This document shows, piece after piece, positions 15,381-25,101 of a stretch of DNA of 40,193 nt. The notes under the pieces were generated by a model. That model worked only from the letters and a program-made list of their open reading frames with translations, was not told the DNA's origin and made no database searches. The translations under genes and the position numbers were made by a program. The stretch spans positions 1 to 40,193 of IMG/VR virus record IMGVR_UViG_3300012041_000041, one strand, 5' to 3'. Numbering within the stretch: the stretch's first letter is position 1; each line of letters opens with the position of its first letter. The stretch comes from a virus. Lineage: Duplodnaviria; Caudoviricetes.

Positions 15381-15880
15381 TGAATGAGATTTTAGAGTTT
15401 ATATATAAATCAAAGATCATACTTAATTCTGCAAAGAAGATAACAAACGGGAATGATTTATATGAGGACTTAATATCTGAACTTATAATAATTATATCAG
15501 GAACAAACGAAGGGATTATAAAAGGACTTTACGAACGTGGGGAATTAGAACTATACTGTTATAAGATAATGTATAATCAGTATACTAATCCAAGAAACGA
15601 GTTTTATAAAAAGTACAGGACGTTTGAAACACAGGTAGAGGGTGAAGAAAATATAGAGTCTAACATTGATGAACAGTACTCAGATGTTGTAAAGTTGATG
15701 AAAACCATGTATCGGAACGGGCAACAAGCTGAGATTAGGTTATTGCAATTAAAAGTAAAGTTTAAAACATATAGAGCAGTAGGAAAAGAATTAGGACTAG
15801 CATATAAGACAGTAGAGTACGTAGTTAAAAACATAACAGAACAAATCAGGAAACAATATGATCTTAGTAATAACCGCTAA
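15377..15880 (+). CDS. Sigma factor-like (ECF-like) transcription activator
   Basis: LYEDLISE region-2-like segment and C-terminal HTH TYRAVGKELGLAYKTVEYVVK. Confidence 0.65.
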   Translation: MMNEILEFIYKSKIILNSAKKITNGNDLYEDLISELIIIISGTNEGIIKGLYERGELELYCYKIMYNQYTNPRNEFYKKYRTFETQVEGEENIESNIDEQYSDVVKLMKTMYRNGQQAEIRLLQLKVKFKTYRAVGKELGLAYKTVEYVVKNITEQIRKQYDLSNNR

Positions 15881-16997
15881 TAGAATAACAGGATTACAAT
15901 ATCATAGGCAAATAGTACCCTTTAGGTCGCTAGGATTAGAGGTCGAATATCAACCAACTGAGGAGGGATTAACAGACGACTACCTAAAAAAGTTCAGCAT
16001 AATTTCAGTATTAAGAGATATTAAGTATCCAGAGAAGTATAAAAAGTTAGGTTTAAAGATTCATTTTGATATAGATGATTACTGGGTTTTACCCGTTTCG
16101 CATGGAATGTGCAAGATTTACAAGCAAATGGATTACGCTAATAAAACCATTTACGCATTAAACCAAGCCGATTTCATTACTACTACTACACAATACCTTG
16201 CAGACAAAATACAAAGCGTAATTAAACCGACTCACATTATACCTATTCACGTCTTACCAAACGCAATAGACCCATACTATACTCAGTGGATTCCCTACAA
16301 CTTTGAACCTTCACACGAACGCATGAGGTTTGGATATATCGCAGGGTCTCACCATCAAAAAGATGTAGAGATGTTGCATCCTGAACTAATAGGACTATAC
16401 AACGATAAAACAGTAGAGCATAAATGGCAACTATTAGCAGCTGGTTACAACTTTACACCTAACCAAGATGGAACTGTTACATCAAATCCATACTATAAAT
16501 ACATTGAGAAGCTATTTACTTGCAGGATAACCAATAGTAACGCAGTTAGCTTACTTAAAAAACAATATGCTGAACAGCTTAATAAAGAAATGCTTTGCGA
16601 GTATCGGGATATGGACGAGCCTTATCAAAGGATAAACGGAAAAGACGTTTATAGCTATGGTAAACTTTATGATCTTATAGATGTGTCTATGATACCATTG
16701 GTTAATAATGACTTTAATAGATGCAAATCACAATTAAAACTTATTGAGGCTGGATTTAAAAAGAAAGCATGTTTAGTGTCAGATGTTATCCCTTACTCTT
16801 TAGATAAGACAAAAGATAATGCTATGTATGTAACTGATAAAGAATGGAGAAAAAGCATTAAGTATCTAATAATGAACCCTAACAAGGTCGAGGACTTAAA
16901 AGAATCTATGTATCAGTATGTAAATGAGAGGTATAGAATTGATATAGTTAATAAGGAACGTAAACAGATATTCGAATCATGGCTAAAATTGGGATAG
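15858..16997 (+). CDS. Glycosyltransferase, GT-B fold
   Basis: FDIDDYW, ADFITTTT..LA, VLPNAID, FNRCKSQLKLIEAG, VSDV.PY. Confidence 0.85.
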   Translation: MILVITANRITGLQYHRQIVPFRSLGLEVEYQPTEEGLTDDYLKKFSIISVLRDIKYPEKYKKLGLKIHFDIDDYWVLPVSHGMCKIYKQMDYANKTIYALNQADFITTTTQYLADKIQSVIKPTHIIPIHVLPNAIDPYYTQWIPYNFEPSHERMRFGYIAGSHHQKDVEMLHPELIGLYNDKTVEHKWQLLAAGYNFTPNQDGTVTSNPYYKYIEKLFTCRITNSNAVSLLKKQYAEQLNKEMLCEYRDMDEPYQRINGKDVYSYGKLYDLIDVSMIPLVNNDFNRCKSQLKLIEAGFKKKACLVSDVIPYSLDKTKDNAMYVTDKEWRKSIKYLIMNPNKVEDLKESMYQYVNERYRIDIVNKERKQIFESWLKLG

Positions 16998-17668
16998 GTT
17001 GTACTACATATAATAGGGATGGGATGATTAAGGAGTGGAAGGTGCGAACATTCTGCGAGTCTATTGATTGGGAATATTTTTATCAAACTACTGGGACAAA
17101 AAACCAGTTTGACGGGATAGATAAAAAGGGTAATTTGATTTATGCTTATATAGCAGAAGATACAGACGAAGACAGAAGAGGTATTTCATATCGAAAAAAT
17201 GAATGCTTGAGAGCCTTAAAAGACTGTGATTATATTTTCCTTTTCGATGATGACACATTCCCAATAAAAGAGGGGTGGATTGATTATTTTATAAATAATA
17301 GCGGAGGGTGTCATTTATTATACTTAAACGAAAGCCATAATAAACAGCACTCTCTTATGGATGTTGATGTTTATTCTAATTGTGGAGGAGCTTTTATGTT
17401 TATGACTAGCAAGCATATTAAAAAGGTAGGGGCATTTAACGAGAAGTTTGGTTTATATGGCTTTGAGCATGCTGAATATTCAATGAGAATCAATGGAGCA
17501 AGACGGTTTTATTGCTTAAATAGAACACAGGAATACATATACGCACACGATTACTCAACGCCAAACCACAAAAGCAGCATAACAGACGAAGAAAAACAAA
17601 AGCATATTAAAGAGAGCTGGAACAAGTTCTTTAACGAACCGATTAAACAAATACATATCCCATTATGA
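16979..17668 (+). CDS. Glycosyltransferase, GT-A fold (GT2-like)
   Basis: TTYNR, YIFLFDDD, VGAFNEKFGLYGFEH. Confidence 0.85.
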   Translation: MAKIGIGCTTYNRDGMIKEWKVRTFCESIDWEYFYQTTGTKNQFDGIDKKGNLIYAYIAEDTDEDRRGISYRKNECLRALKDCDYIFLFDDDTFPIKEGWIDYFINNSGGCHLLYLNESHNKQHSLMDVDVYSNCGGAFMFMTSKHIKKVGAFNEKFGLYGFEHAEYSMRINGARRFYCLNRTQEYIYAHDYSTPNHKSSITDEEKQKHIKESWNKFFNEPIKQIHIPL

Positions 17669-17874
17669 AAAACACTTGGCTATTTTACATAGATGATTTT
17701 AAATCCAAAGGAACAAAGAAGTATTTCTTTAGGAATTATAAGATTTATCGTGCATATAAATGGCACATAGCAGAAATGATAGATAAGAACGGATTGCCTT
17801 TTATTTCTTTTTCTAACCCTTCGCCAGGAGAAGAAACCAGAGTTTATACTAATAACGCTAATAGATACTATTAA
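17665..17874 (+). CDS. Hypothetical protein
   Basis: Coupled overlaps. Confidence 0.55.
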   Translation: MKNTWLFYIDDFKSKGTKKYFFRNYKIYRAYKWHIAEMIDKNGLPFISFSNPSPGEETRVYTNNANRYY

Positions 17875-18521
17875 TGAAGATACTCTTTAAATATACTACG
17901 AGGTCAAGACGAACCAACTTTCACAGGGGACTAGACTCAATCGTCAATAACCTAAACGATAAAGACAATTACCATGTTCTTATATCAATTGATAGCGATG
18001 ATAAAACAATGGAGCCGATACCCGTACTTAATTGCAACCATACCTATATGATTGATGATTCTAAATCAAAGGTAGACGCAATCAATAGAGACATAAACGA
18101 ATTTACTTATGACTGGGACATACTTGTAAACTTTAGTGACGATCAAATATTTACCAAACGAGGCTTTGATGATACAATAAGAGAGCAGTTCTATAAAAGT
18201 CCAGATCAGTTTATTCATTTTCCAGATGGTTTCACAGGTGATAGACTAGCAACAATGAGTATAATGGACAGGAAATATTACAACCGTTTCAATTACATAT
18301 ACCATCCAGATTATAAGTCTTTATGGTGTGATAACGAAGCAATGGAAGTAGCAAAGATACTAGGGTGTTATAGTTACGTAGATCAAGACATCTTTAAACA
18401 TCTTCACCCAGTTTGGATTGGAAACCATGCGGATGATGCACAATACAGACATACTGAATCTTATCACCCAGTAGACAATGCAACTTATTTAAGACGTAAA
18501 CAAAACAACTTTGATCTATAA
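17874..18521 (+). CDS. Glycosyltransferase, GT-A fold
   Basis: TRSR, IDSDD, KVDAINRD, NFSDD, SLWCDNE, HLHP. Confidence 0.8.
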   Translation: MKILFKYTTRSRRTNFHRGLDSIVNNLNDKDNYHVLISIDSDDKTMEPIPVLNCNHTYMIDDSKSKVDAINRDINEFTYDWDILVNFSDDQIFTKRGFDDTIREQFYKSPDQFIHFPDGFTGDRLATMSIMDRKYYNRFNYIYHPDYKSLWCDNEAMEVAKILGCYSYVDQDIFKHLHPVWIGNHADDAQYRHTESYHPVDNATYLRRKQNNFDL

Positions 18522-18524
18522 AAC

Positions 18525-19106
18525 ATGCTATTAAGTATACTTATACCCACTTTAGAATCAAGACAGGATAAATACCTATCCTTAGTAGATAACATATTAG
18601 ATCAGGTCGAGAAAGGTTATACCAACTTAGTTGAGGTCATACCAATGGCAGACAAAGGAGAAAAGCCAACGGGTCAAAAGCGTAACGAACTAATCGACAT
18701 GGCTAAAGGTGAATACATTTGCTTCGTAGATGATGATGATGAACTGGCTAAAAACTATATTGATTTAGTAATGGAGGGAATTAAACAGAATATTGATTGC
18801 TGCTCTTTACGTGGTGTTATGACATGGGACGGGTTAAACCCTCAAGTGTTTGAGCATAGCATAAGATACAACGCCTACGCTACAAACACAAATTACCATC
18901 CAGACCCTAACCGTATTATCTACGAACGTTACCCAAACCACTTAAACGTAGTAAAGAAGTCAATAGCGGAGCAAGTCAGGTTTAGAGAGATATTCCAAGG
19001 CGAAGATACATTGTGGGCGAATGAAATACATCAACGTGGTTTAATTAAGTCAGAGCATTACATAGATCAGGTATTATATCACTATAAATTCATAACAAAG
19101 AAATGA
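18525..19106 (+). CDS. Glycosyltransferase family 2
   Basis: LSILIPT, GQKRN, GEYICFVDDDD, GED..W. Confidence 0.88.
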   Translation: MLLSILIPTLESRQDKYLSLVDNILDQVEKGYTNLVEVIPMADKGEKPTGQKRNELIDMAKGEYICFVDDDDELAKNYIDLVMEGIKQNIDCCSLRGVMTWDGLNPQVFEHSIRYNAYATNTNYHPDPNRIIYERYPNHLNVVKKSIAEQVRFREIFQGEDTLWANEIHQRGLIKSEHYIDQVLYHYKFITKK

Positions 19107-19348
19107 GCAAAGGAACTGTTACGATCTCGCTAGAAGAGTACGAGCAAATAATTAGAATTAATAGGGCTATAAGAGATATGAAGTCTTTTTTTTCTTACAC
19201 TAGTAGCTGTATGGTTTATGTCCCAGATAGTAAAGACGATGTTAATGCTATGTTTTTTGATAAAATAAACACAATGCAAGAAACCATTAACAATCTAAGA
19301 TCAGAATTAAATATAGTTCAACCTAAAAAGAAATGGTATCAAGCATGA
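19103..19348 (+). CDS. Hypothetical protein
   Basis: ATGA overlaps; VTISLEEY N-terminus. Confidence 0.6.
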   Translation: MSKGTVTISLEEYEQIIRINRAIRDMKSFFSYTSSCMVYVPDSKDDVNAMFFDKINTMQETINNLRSELNIVQPKKKWYQA

Positions 19349-20583
19349 AATTATCACTCTTAATCTGTACAGTAGAAGAACGCAAAGAACAATTTGAAGC
19401 CCTTAAAGCTAAACTATCTAAGATGATAGAAGGTTATGGAGGCATTGAGATTATATCCGATTGCTCACCTCGTTATGATGAACCTGGTGGATTAACAGTA
19501 GGAGAAAAAAGACAGCTACTAATTGATCTTGCAGACGGTAAATATATTTGCTTTGTTGATGATGATGATGATGTTACCGATAACTTCATTAAAGAACTAC
19601 ACCCATTATTAAGTCAGGATGTTGACGTTATCAATGCAAAGGTATGTGCATATATTAACGGAAACAAACACATCATAGATCAATCAATATACTACGAGAA
19701 CGAACAATTACACGAAGGTGAAACAAAACGTTACCCGTCTGTTATGTCTGTATGGTCTAGAGCCTTAACAAAGAAAGTAAGATTCAAACCTATGAATTGT
19801 GGTGAGGACTTCGACTGGACTAAGCAAATGAATCCACAAAGTGAGATTAAAGTTTATACTACATGGCAAATCTATAACTACTCGGACGAACATACCATTG
19901 CTAGTAAGTCACCTAAAAGATGTATCGTAACCTTTTCAAATACAGAACGGTATAACAGACTTGCAGAACGGTTAAAGGAAACGGCTAAACCTTTTGGCTA
20001 TGACTTCATTCACTTCAAAACATTTGACGAAATAAATTGCAGAGAACACAGTCAGCACCCGTATGCGTTTAAGCCTTATGCAATACATAAATGTAGGGAC
20101 TTAGGATATAACTCTATACTTTGGATTGACTCAGCTATCTATTTAACTCAAGACCCTATTAAAGTATTCCAATACATTGAAAGGAACGGGTACATGCTAT
20201 TCGATAACATAGGGCATAACATGGGAACTTATACTAATGATGATTGCTTAAGCCACTTTAATATAAGTAGGTCAGACTCTTTTAATATTAAAATGGTAAT
20301 GGCTTGTTCAATGGGTTTTAACTTCCACAATAAAGAAGCTACAAAGGTTTTCGAGGAGTGGATGGGCAAGGCTTACTCGACAGCATTTCAGGGAGCGCAT
20401 GAACAAATTGGATGGGATGGAAAAACAAAAGGACATCGACACGATCAGTCGGCTATTTCTTGCATAGCTCACAATAAAAGTTTATCTTTGATACACCCAA
20501 GTGAAACATTTATAGTTTACAATTCATGGTCTCAAAGCGAGATGCCACGAGCAGAAACAGTATGTATGATTTCAGCAGGATAA
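19345..20583 (+). CDS. Two-domain glycosyltransferase (GT2 plus second GT-A-like domain)
   Basis: N-domain GKYICFVDDDD and GEDFDW; C-domain FKPYAI, ILWIDS, HRHDQS; start at the ATGA overlap. Confidence 0.8.
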   Translation: MKLSLLICTVEERKEQFEALKAKLSKMIEGYGGIEIISDCSPRYDEPGGLTVGEKRQLLIDLADGKYICFVDDDDDVTDNFIKELHPLLSQDVDVINAKVCAYINGNKHIIDQSIYYENEQLHEGETKRYPSVMSVWSRALTKKVRFKPMNCGEDFDWTKQMNPQSEIKVYTTWQIYNYSDEHTIASKSPKRCIVTFSNTERYNRLAERLKETAKPFGYDFIHFKTFDEINCREHSQHPYAFKPYAIHKCRDLGYNSILWIDSAIYLTQDPIKVFQYIERNGYMLFDNIGHNMGTYTNDDCLSHFNISRSDSFNIKMVMACSMGFNFHNKEATKVFEEWMGKAYSTAFQGAHEQIGWDGKTKGHRHDQSAISCIAHNKSLSLIHPSETFIVYNSWSQSEMPRAETVCMISAG

Positions 20584-20676
20584 TATGGAAAACGATGTAT
20601 ATTTATTAGTGTTAATATGTACGGCAATACTTTCATGGAAATTAGGCGCTTTAATAAGATATATAAAGGATAATTA

Positions 20677-21285
20677 ATGGAAAAGATTTACCCAACATAC
20701 AGCACCCAAGAAGTATTTGAAAGTACCTACTCAATGGTTAAAGACATAACCCTAGATGGTGCAATAGTAGAATGTGGAATAGCAGCAGGTTCTAACTTTG
20801 CTCAAATGATTAAGGCCTCAATAGATTCTGGAATTGATAGAGCGTATTGGGGTTACGATTCATTCGAGGGCATTCCCTACGGCATAGCACTTGACGAACA
20901 GCAACCTGGTATAGGTGCAATGGATGCAACCAAATACGGTGTATTACAGTCCACAGGAATAACAGCACATAACATAAGCGGAGTAATACAAAACTTAGAG
21001 AAGTGGGGTGTAAATAACGAACGGGTTAAATTAGTAAAGGGATGGTTTCAAGACACATTGCCAAACTACAAACCAGATAAGATTGCAGTCCTTAGACTAG
21101 ACGGCGACCTTTACGAATCAACAAAGGTTTGTTTAGAACATTTATACTCTAAGGTTCAAAAGGGTGGTTTAATAATAATAGACGACTACGAACTCGCAGG
21201 ATGCAAAAAGGCAGTAGACGACTTTATTAAGTTTAGAAAGGTTAAGTTAAAAAGATTTGAATACATAGCTTACTGGTATAAATGA
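20677..21285 (+). CDS. TylF/MycF-family sugar O-methyltransferase
   Basis: VECG..AG, YDSFEG.P, VKGWFQDTLP, LRLDGDLYEST, IDDY. Confidence 0.9.
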   Translation: MEKIYPTYSTQEVFESTYSMVKDITLDGAIVECGIAAGSNFAQMIKASIDSGIDRAYWGYDSFEGIPYGIALDEQQPGIGAMDATKYGVLQSTGITAHNISGVIQNLEKWGVNNERVKLVKGWFQDTLPNYKPDKIAVLRLDGDLYESTKVCLEHLYSKVQKGGLIIIDDYELAGCKKAVDDFIKFRKVKLKRFEYIAYWYK

Positions 21286-21488
21286 AAAAGGATCATCCAC
21301 TATACAAGCCAGCGTTCTACTTTGTTAACATAATGCCTTTGTGTTTTGTTTATTGCATGGCTTTTATCTATTCAATTGTATGTTCATTAATTTGGCTTTG
21401 TATAATAGATGGTGGATTTACTTTTGTTTGGCTAGAATTTGCAGAGTTTTCTAAAGACTATTGGAATCACAAAGAATATTTTGAATGA
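21282..21488 (+). CDS. Small membrane protein
   Basis: Hydrophobic; ATGA overlaps. Confidence 0.55.
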   Translation: MKKDHPLYKPAFYFVNIMPLCFVYCMAFIYSIVCSLIWLCIIDGGFTFVWLEFAEFSKDYWNHKEYFE

Positions 21489-21706
21489 CAATAGAACAAT
21501 ATAACGAAGCTATTAAGTATCGAGGGATAATAGAACTATTTGTTTCCTCTGGTCAATACATTGGAGGAGCAGAGCCATTAATGGATTATTACGAGTTCAA
21601 AGGTTCAGAGAGAAGCTGCCCTTCATGTGTAGGGAGATTCCTTTTAGAACGTTACAGCGAACTAAAAAACTATGAAAGCATTAAGAATGGAACAGGGTAT
21701 TTGTAA
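21485..21706 (+). CDS. Hypothetical protein with CxxC
   Basis: SCPSCV motif. Confidence 0.6.
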   Translation: MTIEQYNEAIKYRGIIELFVSSGQYIGGAEPLMDYYEFKGSERSCPSCVGRFLLERYSELKNYESIKNGTGYL

Positions 21707-21857
21707 AGTATGCGAACTATTAGACAAAGATATACGTATAAAAAATATATCTTTCTGTAAACAATGTAATGAGTATATTTGTTTCGATTGCGAACCTAAC
21801 CTTTTAAGAAGAGGCAAAGCAGCATTCATACAAGCAATTAAAAACCTAAAGACATGA
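21672..21857 (+). CDS. Small Cys-rich zinc-finger protein
   Basis: CKVC, CKQC, CFDC. Confidence 0.6.
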   Translation: MKALRMEQGICKVCELLDKDIRIKNISFCKQCNEYICFDCEPNLLRRGKAAFIQAIKNLKT

Positions 21858-22054
21858 AAAACAACGATTTTGATTATGCCATTGATAAAAATGGTGATTT
21901 GATATGGACGGCATATAAAACAACTCATAAAGGGATTGTAGTTGGTGTGACTTGTCCTTGGATGTTTAATACAGAATTTAGACAGTGGAAAAGTAAGGCA
22001 GAACTAAAAAGACAAAAAAAAATGAATCACAATCTATCATTGGTACAATATTAA
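21854..22054 (+). CDS. Hypothetical protein
   Basis: ATGA overlap. Confidence 0.55.
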   Translation: MKNNDFDYAIDKNGDLIWTAYKTTHKGIVVGVTCPWMFNTEFRQWKSKAELKRQKKMNHNLSLVQY

Positions 22055-22065
22055 ACCCTAAAGAC

Positions 22066-22428
22066 ATGAAAAAGCTATTAATCATCATCCCTACATTAAT
22101 CCTGTTTTTAACCTCGTGCCATAAAACAGATAACGAAAACCCACAACCAATACCAACAGGACACACTAAACAACTTCACTACTTTGAAATAGTAGGAGAA
22201 ACACCAAGCAGCCAGGTAATTTATCACGATTCAAGTTTCCAAGCTCAACAGACAGGTGAATTACCAAACTTTTGGCTATCATGCGGAGACTCATTACAAT
22301 TTCTAGCTAAACCAAACCAATACAACCCTTCTCTTAATATTACTATTTACATGGATGGTAAAGTATTAAAACAATGGGTTAACTATACAGATAACGTAAA
22401 AATAGTTTATAACTACATAACAGATTAA
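22066..22428 (+). CDS. Lipoprotein
   Basis: MKK plus hydrophobic core plus LTSC lipobox. Confidence 0.75.
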   Translation: MKKLLIIIPTLILFLTSCHKTDNENPQPIPTGHTKQLHYFEIVGETPSSQVIYHDSSFQAQQTGELPNFWLSCGDSLQFLAKPNQYNPSLNITIYMDGKVLKQWVNYTDNVKIVYNYITD

Positions 22429-22430
22429 CA

Positions 22431-22832
22431 ATGGCAAAAGGCGACATTGATTTTAACAAAGTAGGAAGACCATCTAGAATAAATACACCAGAAGAGATGT
22501 GGGATAAAGCTGTAGAGTTCTTTGAGCAATCTAAAACATCATCAGGTAAATATCAACCTACAATGGACGGGCTTACTTTCCATATGGGATTCTCTAGCAG
22601 ATCATCGTGGGTAGATTATTCTAAAAGAAGTGAAGAATTTTCGCACATGGTAGATAGAATCAAGATGTTTGTTCGTTCTTGCTACGAGAAACAGCTCTAT
22701 GGTTTCGCATGGGCAGGGTCTCAATTTGCCTTACGTAACATAGGCAAAGAGGATTGGAAGGACGAAATAACAGAACATCAGGATAGGAAAGTAACTAATG
22801 TAGTTATCGAGGAGAAAAAAAGAGATGAATAA
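22431..22832 (+). CDS. terS: Terminase small subunit (P22 gp3-like)
   Basis: GRP...TPEEMW, PT.DGL..HMG, FALRN...W.D; upstream of terL. Confidence 0.8.
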   Translation: MAKGDIDFNKVGRPSRINTPEEMWDKAVEFFEQSKTSSGKYQPTMDGLTFHMGFSSRSSWVDYSKRSEEFSHMVDRIKMFVRSCYEKQLYGFAWAGSQFALRNIGKEDWKDEITEHQDRKVTNVVIEEKKRDE

Positions 22833-22840
22833 TTTTGAAA

Positions 22841-22876
22841 GCCCTATGCCTATTGGTCTAGGGTATTTATTTTTTT
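22841..22876 (+). terminator. Possible intrinsic terminator
   Basis: GCCCTA...TAGGGT followed by a T-rich run. Confidence 0.4.
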
Positions 22877-22891
22877 AAATATTTCGCACTT

Positions 22892-23107
22892 ATGGATTGG
22901 ATAAATGTAACCGAGAAACTGCCCGCTAATAATAGAGAGGTATTAATCTTTTCTAATATTGGTATTAGTATAGGGGTGTATGATTTATCGCTAACATATT
23001 TAAAAAAACCTGCATTCTATGATTTGCAAATGTGGAGTGATTTATGGGGGTATGAGGAAGACGAAACTGTAACTCACTGGATGGAGCTACCAACTAAACC
23101 AATTTAA
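22892..23107 (+). CDS. DUF551-like phage protein
   Basis: WI.V..KLP...VTHWMELP. Confidence 0.8.
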   Translation: MDWINVTEKLPANNREVLIFSNIGISIGVYDLSLTYLKKPAFYDLQMWSDLWGYEEDETVTHWMELPTKPI

Positions 23108-24303
23108 TGCAGCTCGACACAACCCCCGTATTCACACGTAACTATGCATCCGATAAAAAGATTAAAATCAATCGAGGCGGCACTCGATCAAGCAAGACAC
23201 GAAGTATCGCTCAATTATCTGTATTGTGGTTGTTTACAGGGCAAGTATCTAGGACTAAGAACATTTCTAAAGGAGTTTGGAGTACGGTTAGGAAGTATTC
23301 TACTACGTTGGATGCAACGGTTATCAGAGATTTTGAAGAGGAACTCGAAAAACAAGACTTATACGGTGCAGTTAAGCATAATAAAACAAAGCGTACCTAC
23401 TCTTATGGCGATAGAATGGTGGAGTTCTTCGGAGCAGATGACGAGAAGAAACTTCGTGGAGCTAAACGAAACATACTGTATTGCAATGAAGCAAACGAAC
23501 TCGAATTTAAAACACAATTCTTTCAGTTGCTCATACGGACAGAAGATGACATCTTTATCGACTTCAATCCAGATGACGAGAACGTGTGGATTAATACTGA
23601 ATTAGAAAAGAAGCGATTAAACGATATGAATGATGTTGAGGTCATAGTATCAACTTATAAAGACAACACCTTCCTTCCTGAATCCTTAGTAAAGGAAATT
23701 GAATACCTAGAAAAAACAGACCCTGAGTTTTGGAAAATATACGGACTAGGTGAGTATGGTAAGATATTCGGTTTAATATTCCCAGATTATAAAGTAATTG
23801 ACGCAATCCCAAACGATGCAACCTTCATAGCGAACGGGGGCGACTTTGGTTTCACTAATGATCCATGCGCTATATTAGAAGTCTATAAACAAGATGGTGA
23901 ATTGTGGATTAATGAGATAGAATATAAAAGGGGAATGACTAATCCAGACATTGCGCAAAGGCTAAAAGAATTAGGTAAGGATAGAGAAGAAACGATATTC
24001 GATAGTGCAGAGCCTAAAAGTATAGCAGAGCTGTCAAACCTTCAAATAAGAGTTGAGGGTGCTGAAAAAGGTAAGGATAGCATAAAGAACTCAATAGACA
24101 TTTTAAAACGGTATAAGTTAAACATCACTTCAAATAGCACAAACCTTATCAAAGAACTAAGAACCTACAAATGGAAACTAGACAAGTCAGGCAATGGAAT
24201 AAACGAGCCAGTAGATTACAATAACCACTTAATAGATGCCCTCCGATACGTTGCTTTAAATAAATTAAGCAACAATAACTCAGGAATTTACCACATAGTA
24301 TAA
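23107..24303 (+). CDS. terL: Terminase large subunit (PBSX-like)
   Basis: GGTRSSKT Walker A, YCNEANE, DFNP, DFGFTNDP, DSAEP, NHLIDALRY. Confidence 0.95.
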   Translation: MQLDTTPVFTRNYASDKKIKINRGGTRSSKTRSIAQLSVLWLFTGQVSRTKNISKGVWSTVRKYSTTLDATVIRDFEEELEKQDLYGAVKHNKTKRTYSYGDRMVEFFGADDEKKLRGAKRNILYCNEANELEFKTQFFQLLIRTEDDIFIDFNPDDENVWINTELEKKRLNDMNDVEVIVSTYKDNTFLPESLVKEIEYLEKTDPEFWKIYGLGEYGKIFGLIFPDYKVIDAIPNDATFIANGGDFGFTNDPCAILEVYKQDGELWINEIEYKRGMTNPDIAQRLKELGKDREETIFDSAEPKSIAELSNLQIRVEGAEKGKDSIKNSIDILKRYKLNITSNSTNLIKELRTYKWKLDKSGNGINEPVDYNNHLIDALRYVALNKLSNNNSGIYHIV

Positions 24304-24332
24304 TTGCACAAAGAGTCCTTTTCATACATATA
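24304..24332 (+). promoter_or_regulatory. Candidate late promoter, copy 1 (TTGCACAAA-N13-ACATATA)
   Basis: Same motif and spacing at 31923 and 34232. Confidence 0.6.
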
Positions 24333-24337
24333 ATAGT

Positions 24338-24946
24338 ATGAACTGGAATGATGTAACAATAAGGCAATACCAAAATCTTTGTAGAGAAACGAATGAAACT
24401 TATCCGAGTGAATTGGATAGGTCGATTGGTCTTTTATCTGCATTGACTGGTAAGTTCATATCCTATTATGAAGCGTTGCCTATCTCTCAATTAAAAAAAG
24501 AGATATTCTCTATTGAGTTCATCAAAGAAAAACCCAAAGACATTAAGGTTAAATCAAAAGTAAGGGTCGGAACTAGACGGTTTCGATTCTGTATTGATAT
24601 GCGATCATCTTTAACGGCTGGTCAGTATATCGATTTGACTGAATTAGTAAAGGATGGTAAAAAGATTAACGATAATCTACACATGATCTTAGCTGTGATG
24701 TGTGAAGAGATGAACTGGCTAGGGATAAAGAAAAAGACAACAGCAAAAGAGCGGGGTGAATACTTATTAGATCACTTGACTATGCCGAATGTGTTTGCAC
24801 TTAGTGGTTTTTTTTTAACCAATTATCAGAGATTAACAAAGGGTATAAGCGTCTATTTGGAATTAGAGATGAAGAAAGCGAGGAAACAGATGAGCGAAGT
24901 AATCGACCAGGCTTTGTCAGCCATTGGGGGTGGTATTACACCTTAG
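24338..24946 (+). CDS. Tail assembly chaperone (short form)
   Basis: T9 slippery run at 24808-24816 with a long open -1 frame. Confidence 0.65.
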   Translation: MNWNDVTIRQYQNLCRETNETYPSELDRSIGLLSALTGKFISYYEALPISQLKKEIFSIEFIKEKPKDIKVKSKVRVGTRRFRFCIDMRSSLTAGQYIDLTELVKDGKKINDNLHMILAVMCEEMNWLGIKKKTTAKERGEYLLDHLTMPNVFALSGFFLTNYQRLTKGISVYLELEMKKARKQMSEVIDQALSAIGGGITP

Positions 24947-25101
24947 ATAGTTTGAGTAATAACGATAGGACAAAGTGGGATTTCTTTTTAGATATGAATG
25001 TGATTGAGTTCTTAAACACACTTGCATATTATAAAGATAAACAGGGTTACATAGCAGAGCAACAAGAGATACTAAATAAAAAGTATAAGCATGGCAGGTG
25101 A
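24338..25101 (+). CDS. Tail assembly chaperone, -1 frameshift-extended form
   Basis: -1 frame open from the T run to TGA 25099-25101 (...HWGWYYTLDSLSNNDRTKWD...) and lacking an early ATG. Confidence 0.65.

Noticed and set aside
23144-23605. 153-aa +1 frame ORF nested in terL
   Set aside because: No recognisable motifs and fully inside a conserved gene; long for an AT-rich genome, but unsupported without conservation data
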